This document shows positions 30,622 to 40,144 of a stretch of DNA of 64,000 bases, in pieces. Under the pieces are notes generated by a model. The model had not been told where the DNA came from and ran no database searches. It saw nothing but the letters and a program-made list of their open reading frames with translations. How positions within the stretch are numbered: the first letter of the stretch is position 1; each line of letters starts with the position of its first letter. A program made the translations under genes and the position numbers. This stretch comes from an uncultured Gemmatimonadaceae bacterium (GTDB lineage Bacteria > Gemmatimonadota > Gemmatimonadetes > Longimicrobiales > RSA9), in assembly GCA_964619835.1 (NCBI GenBank), contig CAZUFP010000010.1, positions 4,561 through 68,560 of the forward strand, read 5' to 3'.

Positions 30622-33041
30622 GGCTGACCCGCCTGAAGCTGACCAACTTCCGGCAGCACCGGGCCACGGAGATCGTGTTCCGGGAGGGGCTGACGGGAGT
30701 GGTGGGGCCGAACGGCGCGGGCAAGAGCACGCTGCTGGAAGCCGTGGCGTGGGCCATTTACGGGGCGTCGGCGGCGCGGGGCACGAACGACACGATCCGG
30801 TTTCTGGGGGCGGAGGGTCGGGCGCCGGTGCGTGTGGAGCTGGAGTTCGCGCTGGCGGGGCACGAGTACCGGGTCGTCCGCTCGCTGACGGCGGCGGACG
30901 TCTTCCTGGACGGCGGCGAGGCTCCTGTGGCGACGAGCGTGCGGGGCGCCACGGAGTACCTGGAGCGGCGCCTGGGGATGAGCCGGACGGAGTTCTTCAA
31001 CACGTACTTCACCGGTCAGAAGGAGCTGCAGTTCCTGGCGCAGATGGGGCCGGCGGAGCGTGGCCGGTTCCTGGGCCAGGTACTGGGTTTCGAGCGGTTG
31101 CGGGTGGCGCAGGAGCGGACCCGGCTGCGCCGCAACGAGCTGCGCCACGAAGTGGCGGGCCTTCGCGCCGGGTTGCCGGACCCGGCGGTGCTGCGGGAAC
31201 GGCGCCAGGCGGCCGATGCGCTGGAGAAGGAAGCGCGGTCGGCGGCCGATCGGGCGGAAGCATCACTGGCCGCGAGCCGTCAGGCGGTGGAAGGGCTGGC
31301 CCCGCGGTGGGCCGAGGCGCAGGAGGCGCAGGAAAAGCGCCGGGACCTGGACCATCGGCTGGAGCTGGCGCGTCGCGAGCTGGTGGACGTGGACCGGGAG
31401 ATCGCCCGCGCGGACGAAGAGTTGAAGTCCAACTCGGATGCGCAGGCGGACCTGGCTCCGCTGCGCGAAGCGCTGCAGGCCATGCCCGAGCTGGCCGCGC
31501 GGGTGACACGGCTCACGGAAAGCTCGCGGCTGGACGTGCGGCGGAAGGCGCTCTTGGAGCGCGAGCAGTCGCTGGCCGCCGGACTGAAGGAGTTACAGGA
31601 GAAGCTGGAAGCGCGAGACCAGGCCCCGGATCTGGCCGACCGGTTCCGGCGCGAGATCGATGCGTTGCGCGTCGAGCTGGAAGGGGTGGCGCAGGAAGCG
31701 ACGGAGCAGCGCGATGCCTGGCAGCAGAGCCGCCAGGAAGTGGAAACCCGACTGCAGACGTACCGGGATCGCACGGCGGAGCTCCAGCAGCAGCTGGACC
31801 AGTTGCGGGACGAGGGCCCGGAGGGAACGTGTCCCACGTGCAAGCGGCCCCTCTACGACCATTACGATCAGGTCATGCGCCAGCTCGAGGACGAGTGGGA
31901 GACGCTCATCCAGGACGGCAAGTGGCTGACGCAGCGGCAGAAACAGCTCGCCGGACCGCCCGAGGCCCTGACGAAGATGGAGTCGCGCCGGGAGGAGTTG
32001 ACGGCCCTCATGGACCGGAAGCGCGACAAGCTCCAACGCTGCGAAGTCGCCATCGACGAGCGCGCCGTCCTGGCCGTCGACGCCCAACAGCGCACGGCGG
32101 AGCTGGAGCGGCTGCGCGCTGAACTGGCCGGCCTGCCCGCCGGCTACGACCCGGTGGCCCATCGGCAGGCGGAGCAGCGACTGGCGGAGCTGCGGGAGTT
32201 CGAGAAGCGGGCGGCGAAGCTGGAGGAGCAGCTGTCACGCCGCGAACGCGTGGAGAAACAGCGGACGGAAGCCCTCGAGCGCAAGGCGGGCGTGACGGAG
32301 ACGGGCACCCGGCTGCGTACCGAGCGGGACGCCCTCGGTTTCAGCCAGGAGGCATTCGACGCGTTGCGCATCGAGCATGAGCGGGCCGCGGAGGTGCTGC
32401 GCAGGACCGAGCTGGAAGCGACGGAGAAGCGCGAGCGTCTCGATGGCGCCGTGCGCGCCGTCCAGCTGGCCCGGGACGCGGAAGTCGAGTATCGGGAGAA
32501 GGCGAAGGCGGCCGCCGCCCTCGAGCTGGAACAGCGGCATCACACCGAGCTGGACAACGCGCTGACCGAGCTGCGCGGCGACCTGAACGCCCGCGTGCGA
32601 CCCGAGCTGGGACAGCTGGCCAGCACGTTCCTCACGGAGATCACCGACGGCCGCTACAACGCCCTGGAGATCGACGACAACTACAACGTGCTGGTGCTGG
32701 ACGATGGCGAAGAGAAGCCGGTGATCAGCGGCGGCGAGGAAGACGTGGCGAACCTCGTGCTGCGGCTGGCCATCAGCCAGATGATCGCCGAACGGGCGGG
32801 GCACGTTCTGAACGCTCTCATCATGGACGAGGTCTTCGGGTCCCTGGACGTCGACCGCCGGGACAACGTGGTGCAGCTCCTGCACCGCCTCACCGACCGC
32901 TTCGAGCAGGTCATCCTCATCACCCACATCGAGACCATCGTCGACGGCCTCGACCACGTCGTGCGGGTGTCCTTCGACGACGAGTCCGGCGCCAGCACGG
33001 TGCGGGAAGAGGTGACGCGGGTGGCCGTGCCGGCGTCGTGA
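30618..33041 (+). CDS. sbcC: SbcC/Rad50-like SMC ATPase
   Basis: Start at MRLTRLKLTNF. Walker A GPNGAGKST, coiled coil, zinc hook CPTC, SGGE, LIMDEVFGSLD and LITH. Confidence 0.88.
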   Translation: MRLTRLKLTNFRQHRATEIVFREGLTGVVGPNGAGKSTLLEAVAWAIYGASAARGTNDTIRFLGAEGRAPVRVELEFALAGHEYRVVRSLTAADVFLDGGEAPVATSVRGATEYLERRLGMSRTEFFNTYFTGQKELQFLAQMGPAERGRFLGQVLGFERLRVAQERTRLRRNELRHEVAGLRAGLPDPAVLRERRQAADALEKEARSAADRAEASLAASRQAVEGLAPRWAEAQEAQEKRRDLDHRLELARRELVDVDREIARADEELKSNSDAQADLAPLREALQAMPELAARVTRLTESSRLDVRRKALLEREQSLAAGLKELQEKLEARDQAPDLADRFRREIDALRVELEGVAQEATEQRDAWQQSRQEVETRLQTYRDRTAELQQQLDQLRDEGPEGTCPTCKRPLYDHYDQVMRQLEDEWETLIQDGKWLTQRQKQLAGPPEALTKMESRREELTALMDRKRDKLQRCEVAIDERAVLAVDAQQRTAELERLRAELAGLPAGYDPVAHRQAEQRLAELREFEKRAAKLEEQLSRRERVEKQRTEALERKAGVTETGTRLRTERDALGFSQEAFDALRIEHERAAEVLRRTELEATEKRERLDGAVRAVQLARDAEVEYREKAKAAAALELEQRHHTELDNALTELRGDLNARVRPELGQLASTFLTEITDGRYNALEIDDNYNVLVLDDGEEKPVISGGEEDVANLVLRLAISQMIAERAGHVLNALIMDEVFGSLDVDRRDNVVQLLHRLTDRFEQVILITHIETIVDGLDHVVRVSFDDESGASTVREEVTRVAVPAS

Positions 33042-33124
33042 TCCTGCGCGGCGCGGGTTAGACGAAGGACCGGCGAGAGGCGGCTCGCACGAAGGCACGA
33101 AGGAACCGTTCTTTTGTGAAGGAC

Positions 33125-33155
33125 GCGGGGGAAGGGGGCACGCCCCCGCCCCCGC
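33125..33155. terminator. GC-rich hairpin between convergent genes
   Basis: gcggggg-aa-ggggg-cacg-ccccc-g-cccccgc; no clear U-tract. Confidence 0.45.
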
Positions 33156-33163
33156 CTGCTTCA

Positions 33164-35458
33164 CTACTTGCGACTCAGCTGGATCCAGCTCTCGGTGCGG
33201 TCGGCGAACTGCTGGGCCAGGGCGGAGTCGCCCTTCAGGGACGCGGCCATGGCCAGGGCGTAGTAGGTGTAGCCGTAATAGGCCGGGATGTTGGCCGTGG
33301 ACACGTCCACCCACTTGGTCCACTGGTTCGGGATGCCCGGGCTCTGGTGCTCGAACACGGAGTCCATGAGCACCTTGGTGCGCGAGTAGTCCAGGAACCG
33401 GCCGGTCAGGCCGCCGTAGCGGGATGGCAGGGCAACGATGTTCGTGTCCGTCTGGGCCGGGACCGGCCCATCGTTGAGCTTGAAGGCCACGCCCTGCCGG
33501 ATGAGGTCGTCATCGAGTCCGAAGCGTGAGTAGGCCTGCGTCGTCGTGGCGTAGTAGACGGGCCGGTCCCCCATGGCCGTCCGCAGGATGTTCACCATGA
33601 ACACGTCCGACGGCAGCAGGATACGGTTGCCGGGGATCGTGACCGCGAGGGAGTCGGCCTTGAACTCGAACGGTTTCTGCAAAGCGAACTGGTACGGGTT
33701 CGTCATGTAGATCAGCGGGATCGAATCGATCTGCTGATCCGTCATGGACAGGATCGAGCGCGTCGGCTTCTTGATGCCGAGCCCGAGGTGCTCGTAGAAC
33801 TCGGCGTCCTTCTCCGGCTGGTACGGCCGCTGGCAGATGATCAGGTCCGCGTGTTCCAGCGGATTGACGCCGGCGGGACACGGCGCGGACAGCTGCTTGA
33901 GCTGCTTCACGTACCACGACGTGTTCAGGTAGCTCATGACGATGACGGTCACGTCCCGGCGGATGCCTTCCACCTCCTGGAGGTACCACAGGGGGAACGT
34001 GTCGTTGTCGCCGTTGGTGAACAGCACGCTGTACGGCTCGACGCTCATGAGCAGGTTGTACGCCCAGTCGCGGGCCGTGTAGTCCTTGGCGCGGGACGCC
34101 CAGGTCCAGTTGAGCACCATCGGCAGGAGGGCGATGGCGAGGAGCGGGGCGGCGACGATCTGCCGGGAGCGCAGGGTCCGGAACCGGCCGGTCAGCTCCT
34201 CCGCGAGGCGCATCCAGAGCACGGTGAGACCCAGCCCAGCCCAGAGGCCCCACACCGAGAAGCCGACGATGAAGAAGTAGTCGCGCTCGCGGACCTCGTG
34301 CATCTCCATGTTGTTGGGGTGGTACGGCGTCGTGAACCCGTACTTGAAGTTCAGGTAGCCGACCAGCCCGAGCGACAGCGTCGCGAACAGCACGGCCACG
34401 TAGTAGAAGCTGATGCGGTCGCGCTTGAAGTGCGTGAAGGCGCCGTACCCGCCGAGCAGGGCGAACGCCATGGTGAACAGGGGCCGCGGCGAGCCGAAGA
34501 AGTTGGTCCGGCCGGCCACCGAGCGGGCCCATTGCCAGTCGAAGTACTGGACGTAGTTGACGATCTGCGCCCAGATCATGGACGCGGTGCGCGGCAGCGA
34601 CGGGTCGGTCGGGTCGGAGAAGATGGACGGCTTGTCGTACTGCTGGCGGGTCAGCGACTCCCACAGCGCATGCAGCGTACTGGGATTGGCCTCGTTGATC
34701 ACCGGCCCCAGCGACGCGCGCAGCGGCAGGAAGACGTGGATGGACAAGCCGACAATGCCCACCGCGGCACCCGCGGCGTACAACCGCCAGTTCGTCAGCG
34801 TGCGCGGGTTGACCAGCAGGATGAACACGAAGAAGGCCGGCGCGGCCAGGAACGCCATGAGGTGGTTGCCCACCGACAGGGCCAGCACGAAGATCGCCAG
34901 CAGCAGCAGGTTGTCGTCTTTGCCCTGCCCCAGGTTGTCCCGCCAGTGGAAGGCCAACCAGCTGAGCAACGCGATGGTGAACAGCGAGACCGTGTAGACC
35001 TTCTCGTTCACCACCGACTGGTTCCACACGGTGAACGCGGTGGCGCTGATGAGCACGGCCATGGACGCGCCCACGAGGCGGTACGACCGCCGCTCCGTGA
35101 AGAACGCCAGGATGCGGTCCACGAGGAGGAACCAGAACCCGTGGGCCAGGGCGCTCATGGTGGCGCTGAACAGGTTGATGCGCACGGCCGTGGACAGGCC
35201 GAACAGCGACAGGAGCACGTCCCACGCCCGCGCCAGGACCACGAAGGTCGGGTTCCCCGGCGGATGGGGGATGCCCATGATGTGGGCCGTGGCGATGTAT
35301 TCGCTGGTGTCCCAGAAGGCCGTCGAGGGCGAGAGCGTGATGGCGTAGAGCAGCCACACGGCCAGCGCGGCGATGGCGGCGGCGATGTATGGGGGCCGGT
35401 ACGCGCCCGCGTCGGCGGACGGCGGGGACGTTTCGGAGACGGCCGTAGCCTGGTTCAT
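33164..35458 (-). CDS. DUF2723 family membrane protein (putative GT-C glycosyltransferase)
   Basis: WDTSEYI...GIPHPPGNP, EVRERDYFF and NGDNDTFPLWYLQEVEGIR; many TM helices. Confidence 0.85.
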   Translation of the reverse strand: MNQATAVSETSPPSADAGAYRPPYIAAAIAALAVWLLYAITLSPSTAFWDTSEYIATAHIMGIPHPPGNPTFVVLARAWDVLLSLFGLSTAVRINLFSATMSALAHGFWFLLVDRILAFFTERRSYRLVGASMAVLISATAFTVWNQSVVNEKVYTVSLFTIALLSWLAFHWRDNLGQGKDDNLLLLAIFVLALSVGNHLMAFLAAPAFFVFILLVNPRTLTNWRLYAAGAAVGIVGLSIHVFLPLRASLGPVINEANPSTLHALWESLTRQQYDKPSIFSDPTDPSLPRTASMIWAQIVNYVQYFDWQWARSVAGRTNFFGSPRPLFTMAFALLGGYGAFTHFKRDRISFYYVAVLFATLSLGLVGYLNFKYGFTTPYHPNNMEMHEVRERDYFFIVGFSVWGLWAGLGLTVLWMRLAEELTGRFRTLRSRQIVAAPLLAIALLPMVLNWTWASRAKDYTARDWAYNLLMSVEPYSVLFTNGDNDTFPLWYLQEVEGIRRDVTVIVMSYLNTSWYVKQLKQLSAPCPAGVNPLEHADLIICQRPYQPEKDAEFYEHLGLGIKKPTRSILSMTDQQIDSIPLIYMTNPYQFALQKPFEFKADSLAVTIPGNRILLPSDVFMVNILRTAMGDRPVYYATTTQAYSRFGLDDDLIRQGVAFKLNDGPVPAQTDTNIVALPSRYGGLTGRFLDYSRTKVLMDSVFEHQSPGIPNQWTKWVDVSTANIPAYYGYTYYALAMAASLKGDSALAQQFADRTESWIQLSRK

Positions 35459-35544
35459 TCGGGTTCCATGCCGAGAGAATAGGAACGAGCGCTGAAAGCT
35501 AAACGCTCGTCCGCGTCTCGCTCAAGTGCGGAGTCCATCCTCCT

Positions 35545-36162
35545 CTAGAACAAGCCGAGGCGGAGCCCCGCCATGATGAACACGTCGTGCTGGAACTTCG
35601 AGCCGCCGCCGTCGAACGCGTAGTTGTTCATGTAGTCGTTCGCTTCCACCACGAGCGGGCCGATGTCCAGGCCGACGCCCAGGTGGTACGCCATGTCGCT
35701 CCGGTTCGTGAAGCTCCGCTGGAACAGGTCGGACGGATCGCTGAGAGAGTAGTTGTACCGTTTTACGCCCAGACCCGCCATGACGTACGGCTGGATCAGG
35801 ATGAGCTTCGGCAGCGGCCGGAAGACCAGGTCGCCGAAGATCGTCATCATGGTCTGGTCCACCGTTCCGGTCGTGATGCCCGTGGCCGGCGACACCGTCT
35901 TCTTGGTGGTCGCGTCCACGTTGGCCCGCAGGCTGAACGGCAGGCCCGGCAGGCCCAACTCCGCGGCGACGCCCCACGCGAAGGCGCCGCTCATGTTCTT
36001 GATGGCCTCGGCGGACGGGGTGGTGGGAAGGTCGGCCAGGGGCATCTCGGCCCCGATCTTCGGCACGATATCCAGGCTGATGCCCGGCACCTGGGCCGCC
36101 AGGCCCGTCACGCCCAGCGTGAACAGGGTCGCAAGCGCCAGCACCATCTTCGAAACGCGCAT
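35545..36162 (-). CDS. Outer-membrane beta-barrel (OmpA-like TM domain) protein
   Basis: Signal peptide MRVSKMVLAL, alternating beta strands (PYVMAGLG), C-terminal Phe (GLRLGLF). Confidence 0.7.
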   Translation of the reverse strand: MRVSKMVLALATLFTLGVTGLAAQVPGISLDIVPKIGAEMPLADLPTTPSAEAIKNMSGAFAWGVAAELGLPGLPFSLRANVDATTKKTVSPATGITTGTVDQTMMTIFGDLVFRPLPKLILIQPYVMAGLGVKRYNYSLSDPSDLFQRSFTNRSDMAYHLGVGLDIGPLVVEANDYMNNYAFDGGGSKFQHDVFIMAGLRLGLF

Positions 36163-36225
36163 ATCGCCTCCCGACGCGAAGTGAGTCATGGGAATGCGGG
36201 CACGGCCAGAATCGTGCCCGCCGCT

Positions 36226-38310
36226 TCAGGCCTGCTGCACCAGCAGGCTGGCCGATTCGAGGGTCTCCGCCACCCACCCGGGCGGCAGCCAGAGCGTCGC
36301 GCTGTACTCCGTCACCACGGCCGGTCCTTCCAGCCGGTGGCCGGCCCGGAGGGATGCGCGGGGGACGACGGTGGCGGGCAGGCGCCGGCCCTGGAACACG
36401 ACAGCCCTGACCTCGCCCCGCGGCGTCTCCGTCGACGCCGCCGGCAGAGCCCGCTCCGGCCGCGGCGGCGCCGGCGCCGTCGCCTGCACGCGCAACGTCA
36501 CCACCTCCACGACGGCATCCCGCCGGGCGTAGCCGTAGCGGCTCTCGTGGAGCCGGTGAAACGTATCTCGCCACCCGTCCGCCGGCACGCGCAGCTCGTA
36601 GCTCTGCCCGTGATAACGCGCATCCACGGCACGGTTGAGCGTCAGCGTGTCCGCCGCGAAGCCTTCCTCCGTCATGGCCTCCGCCGCCTGCGTTTCCAGC
36701 TCGGAGAACGCGGCCTCCAACCGATCCGAGGTCGCGTCGGCGTCCGCCAGCATGACGGACCGGGACACATCCTTCCGCACCGGCGACACCAGCATGCCGA
36801 ACGCCGAGAGCAGGCCGGGGTCCGGCGGCACGAGCAGTCGCGGAATGCCCAGACGGGCCGCCAGTCCCGCGGCGTGTAGCGCCGCGGCGCCGCCGAACGG
36901 GACCAACGTGAACCCCACCGGGTCATGGCCTCGCTCCACGCTGATGACCCGCAACGCGCCCTCCATAGCCGTGTCCGCCACCGCCAGCACGCCCTCGGCT
37001 GCTTCGTCCGGCGCGGCGCCGATCCGGTCCGCCAGGGCCCGGAGCGGCGCTTCGATGGACGCCCGGTCCAGCGGCTCCGCCCCACCCAGGAACGCGTCCG
37101 CCGGCAGCCGGCCCAGCCAGACGTGGGCGTCCGTGACCGTCACCTGCGTGCCGCCCCGGCCGTACGAGATGGGGCCCGGGTCGGCACCCGCGCTGCGCGG
37201 GCCCACCCGCAAGGCGCCGCCCGCGTCCACCCAGGCCAGCGATCCGCCCCCGGCGCCCACCGTGTGGATGTCGATCACGGGCACTGCGACGGGCAGCCCG
37301 GCGATGGAGAACTCCCGGGTCGCCAGCGGACTGCCGGGACACAATGACACATCCGTTGACGTCCCGCCCATGTCGAACGTCACGATGTCCTCGATCCCGG
37401 CCGCCCGGGCCACCTCCAGTGCGCCCACCACCCCGCCCGCCGGCCCCGACAGCACCGTCTGCACTGCCTCCCGCCGCGCCAGCGACACCGGCAGCGCGCC
37501 GCCCGCCGAGCCCATGATGCGCACACGACGGGCGCCCGCTTCCGATTCCAGGCGGCCCAGGTAGCGGTCCATGAGCGGCGTCACGTACGCGTTCACCACC
37601 GTCGTCGCCATGCGCTCGTACTCCCGGTACTCCGGCAGCAGCTCCGCCGACACCGACACCGGCACGCCCAGTCTCGCCAGCGCATCCGCCACCGCACGCT
37701 CGTGCGCCGGGTTCGCGTAGCTGTGCAGCAGGCAGATGGCCACCGCCTCCACCGCGCCCAGGCGCCCCGCCAGCGACGCCAACTCCGAAGCGTCCAGCGG
37801 CGCCTCTTCCGAGCCGTCCGGGCCCAGCCGCCCTGCCACCCCGTGCCGGTCGCCCGGCGCCACCAGCGGAGGCGGACGGTGCCCCACCAGCGCGTACAGC
37901 TGCGGCCGCGTCTGCCGCCCGATCTCGATGATGTCCTCGAAGCCCGCGTTCGTCACCAGCCCCACCCGCGCACCCCGCCGCTCCAGCAACGCGTTCGTCG
38001 CTACCGTGCTGCCGTGGACCAGGGTGAAGCCGCCGGCGCCCATCAGCCCGCCGATCGCCCCGTCTCCCTGGTGGGGTGGAGCCGCGGCGGCCGGGGTCTC
38101 CCCGTCTCCCCGTCGGGGGGGTGGTGAGGCGGTGGGGTCCGGGGTGGCAAGGATGCGGCGGATCCCCTCCAGCACGGCTTGCGCCGGATCGGCCGGCGTG
38201 GACGGAATCTTGACCACGCGAAGGGTGGGGCCGGCGCTCGCGATCACGTCCGTGAACGTGCCGCCCGTGTCCACCGCTATGATTGACACCCGTTCCGTTG
38301 AATCCGACAT
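36226..38310 (-). CDS. Hydantoinase/oxoprolinase A-type protein
   Basis: Start at MSDSTERV. VDTGGTFTD, HGSTVATNALLER, LSGPAGG, DMGGTSTD, GAGGGS and GPRSAGADPGP. Confidence 0.9.
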   Translation of the reverse strand: MSDSTERVSIIAVDTGGTFTDVIASAGPTLRVVKIPSTPADPAQAVLEGIRRILATPDPTASPPPRRGDGETPAAAAPPHQGDGAIGGLMGAGGFTLVHGSTVATNALLERRGARVGLVTNAGFEDIIEIGRQTRPQLYALVGHRPPPLVAPGDRHGVAGRLGPDGSEEAPLDASELASLAGRLGAVEAVAICLLHSYANPAHERAVADALARLGVPVSVSAELLPEYREYERMATTVVNAYVTPLMDRYLGRLESEAGARRVRIMGSAGGALPVSLARREAVQTVLSGPAGGVVGALEVARAAGIEDIVTFDMGGTSTDVSLCPGSPLATREFSIAGLPVAVPVIDIHTVGAGGGSLAWVDAGGALRVGPRSAGADPGPISYGRGGTQVTVTDAHVWLGRLPADAFLGGAEPLDRASIEAPLRALADRIGAAPDEAAEGVLAVADTAMEGALRVISVERGHDPVGFTLVPFGGAAALHAAGLAARLGIPRLLVPPDPGLLSAFGMLVSPVRKDVSRSVMLADADATSDRLEAAFSELETQAAEAMTEEGFAADTLTLNRAVDARYHGQSYELRVPADGWRDTFHRLHESRYGYARRDAVVEVVTLRVQATAPAPPRPERALPAASTETPRGEVRAVVFQGRRLPATVVPRASLRAGHRLEGPAVVTEYSATLWLPPGWVAETLESASLLVQQA
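38058..38125. repeat. GACGGGGA-family octamer repeat embedded in the hydantoinase CDS
   Basis: ccccgtctccc 38058-38068 and gtctccccgtctccccgtc 38096-38114, matching the intergenic arrays at 54.5 and 56.2 kb. Confidence 0.65.
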
Positions 38311-38319
38311 TCGCCGCCT

Positions 38320-39807
38320 ATGCTCCGTCCCGATTTCGATTCGTTCGTGCGCCTGGCCGCCCAGGCGCCGTTGGTGGCCGTCAGCCGCGACTTCCTGTTC
38401 GACGCCGACACCGCAGTGACGGCGTACGCCAAACTTGCCACTCCGCCCTTCGGATTCCTGCTGGAATCCCTCGTGGGCGGCGAGCAATGGGCCCGTTACA
38501 CGTTCCTGGGCGCGCCGCGGCAGGCGTGGCGCCTTCAGGACGGCCGCGTGTCACGCTGGACGGCCGGCACCGGTTGGAGCGAAGGTGAGCCCGTGGACGA
38601 CCCCCTGGGCGCCCTGGACCGCCTCGTGAGCGAGCGGCCCGTGGCCGCGCCCGATGGACTGCCGCGCTTCATCGGCGGAGCCGTGGGCTACCTGGGCTAC
38701 GACGTCGTGCGGCTCATCGAGCGCCTGCCGGAGCCGCCGCCGGACACGCTGGGCCTGCCCGACGCGCTGTTCATGCTCACCGACACGGTGCTGGCCATCG
38801 ACAACGTGTACGGCCGCGCCCACGCCATCGCCACCGTCGATGTGGCCGGCGCCGGAGACGAGGCCGAGCTCCGGCGGCGCTACGACGAAGCCGTCGCCCG
38901 CCTGGACGATGTCGTGCGACGCTTCGCCGACGGACCCGCCACGCCGCCCCTCGACTTCGAAGAGGCGCCCGGCGAAACGGCGTTCGACAGCAATACCACC
39001 CGCGACAGGTTCGAGGACAACGTCCGCAGAATCAAGGAGTACATCGCCGCCGGCGACGCCTTCCAGGTGGTCCTCAGCCAGCGGCTGTCCGTGCCCCTCG
39101 ACGCCCGGCCGTTCGACGTGTACCGGGCACTCCGCTCCCTCAACCCGTCCCCGTACCTCTACTTCCTCGAGCTCGATGGGCTCTCCGTCATCGGCTCCTC
39201 CCCCGAAGTGCTCGTGCGCGTCGAGGACCGCAACGTCACCGTCCGACCCATCGCCGGCACCCGGCCCCGCAGCACCGGCCACGCCGACGACGAAGCACTC
39301 ATCCAGGACCTGCTCGCCGACGAGAAGGAGCGCGCCGAACACCTCATGCTCGTGGACCTCGGCCGCAACGACGTCGGCCGCGTCGCCGAGTACGGGTCCG
39401 TCCAGGTCAGCGAGCTCATGGGCATCGAGCGCTACAGCCACGTCCTCCACATCGTCAGCCAGGTCGACGGCCGGCTCCGCGACGGGCTCTCCGCCATGGA
39501 CGCCTTCCGCGCCGCCTTCCCCGCCGGAACCGTCAGCGGCGCCCCCAAGATACGCGCCATGGAGATCATCGACGAGTTGGAGCCCACACGACGCGGGCCC
39601 TACGCCGGTGCCGTCGGCTATATCGGCTACGGTGGCCACACCCTCGACACCGCCATCGCCATCCGCACCATCCTCGCCCACCACGGACACGCATACGTCC
39701 AGGCCGGCGCCGGCATCGTCGCCGACTCCGATCCCGCCCGCGAGTACGACGAAACCCTCGCCAAGGCACGTGCCTTGCTCAGGGTCCTCGGCCTGACCGC
39801 CCGGTAA
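38320..39807 (+). CDS. trpE: Anthranilate synthase component I
   Basis: FLLES, IAAGDAFQVVLSQR, LNPSPY, GSSPEVL, EHLMLVDLGRND, AFPAGTVSGAPK and AGAGIVADS. Confidence 0.9.
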   Translation: MLRPDFDSFVRLAAQAPLVAVSRDFLFDADTAVTAYAKLATPPFGFLLESLVGGEQWARYTFLGAPRQAWRLQDGRVSRWTAGTGWSEGEPVDDPLGALDRLVSERPVAAPDGLPRFIGGAVGYLGYDVVRLIERLPEPPPDTLGLPDALFMLTDTVLAIDNVYGRAHAIATVDVAGAGDEAELRRRYDEAVARLDDVVRRFADGPATPPLDFEEAPGETAFDSNTTRDRFEDNVRRIKEYIAAGDAFQVVLSQRLSVPLDARPFDVYRALRSLNPSPYLYFLELDGLSVIGSSPEVLVRVEDRNVTVRPIAGTRPRSTGHADDEALIQDLLADEKERAEHLMLVDLGRNDVGRVAEYGSVQVSELMGIERYSHVLHIVSQVDGRLRDGLSAMDAFRAAFPAGTVSGAPKIRAMEIIDELEPTRRGPYAGAVGYIGYGGHTLDTAIAIRTILAHHGHAYVQAGAGIVADSDPAREYDETLAKARALLRVLGLTAR

Positions 39808-39982
39808 CCTTTCCGCTCCGGCCGCGCCGCCGGAAGCCGGACTCCCGTCCGGCTCGGCGTCCAGTTGCGCCCCTCCGAATTCATCGTGTGTCACCCTCCA
39901 GCTCAAATACATATGTTTATGCGGCACGCATCTTGCCCTTTCTGCCAACCTAGGTTTCGGGCATTGAAATCCGATGGAAAGG

Positions 39983-39994
39983 AGGATATATCCT
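39983..39994. promoter_or_regulatory. Perfect palindrome AGGATATATCCT, possible operator upstream of susC
   Basis: 12-bp palindrome in an AT-richer intergenic region about 150 bp upstream of the susC start. Confidence 0.3.
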
Positions 39995-40144
39995 GCCACG
40001 CCTTGTCCGAAGGCAAGGGAAGGCGCGTATTCGAGTCATGCATCGACAGACGTGCGATGTGGAGACGCGTCTTCGTGATTTTCCGGTAATTCCAAACATC
40101 TGTTGGCGGCAATCACACTCGAGCTGCCAGCCAGGAGGAGAATC

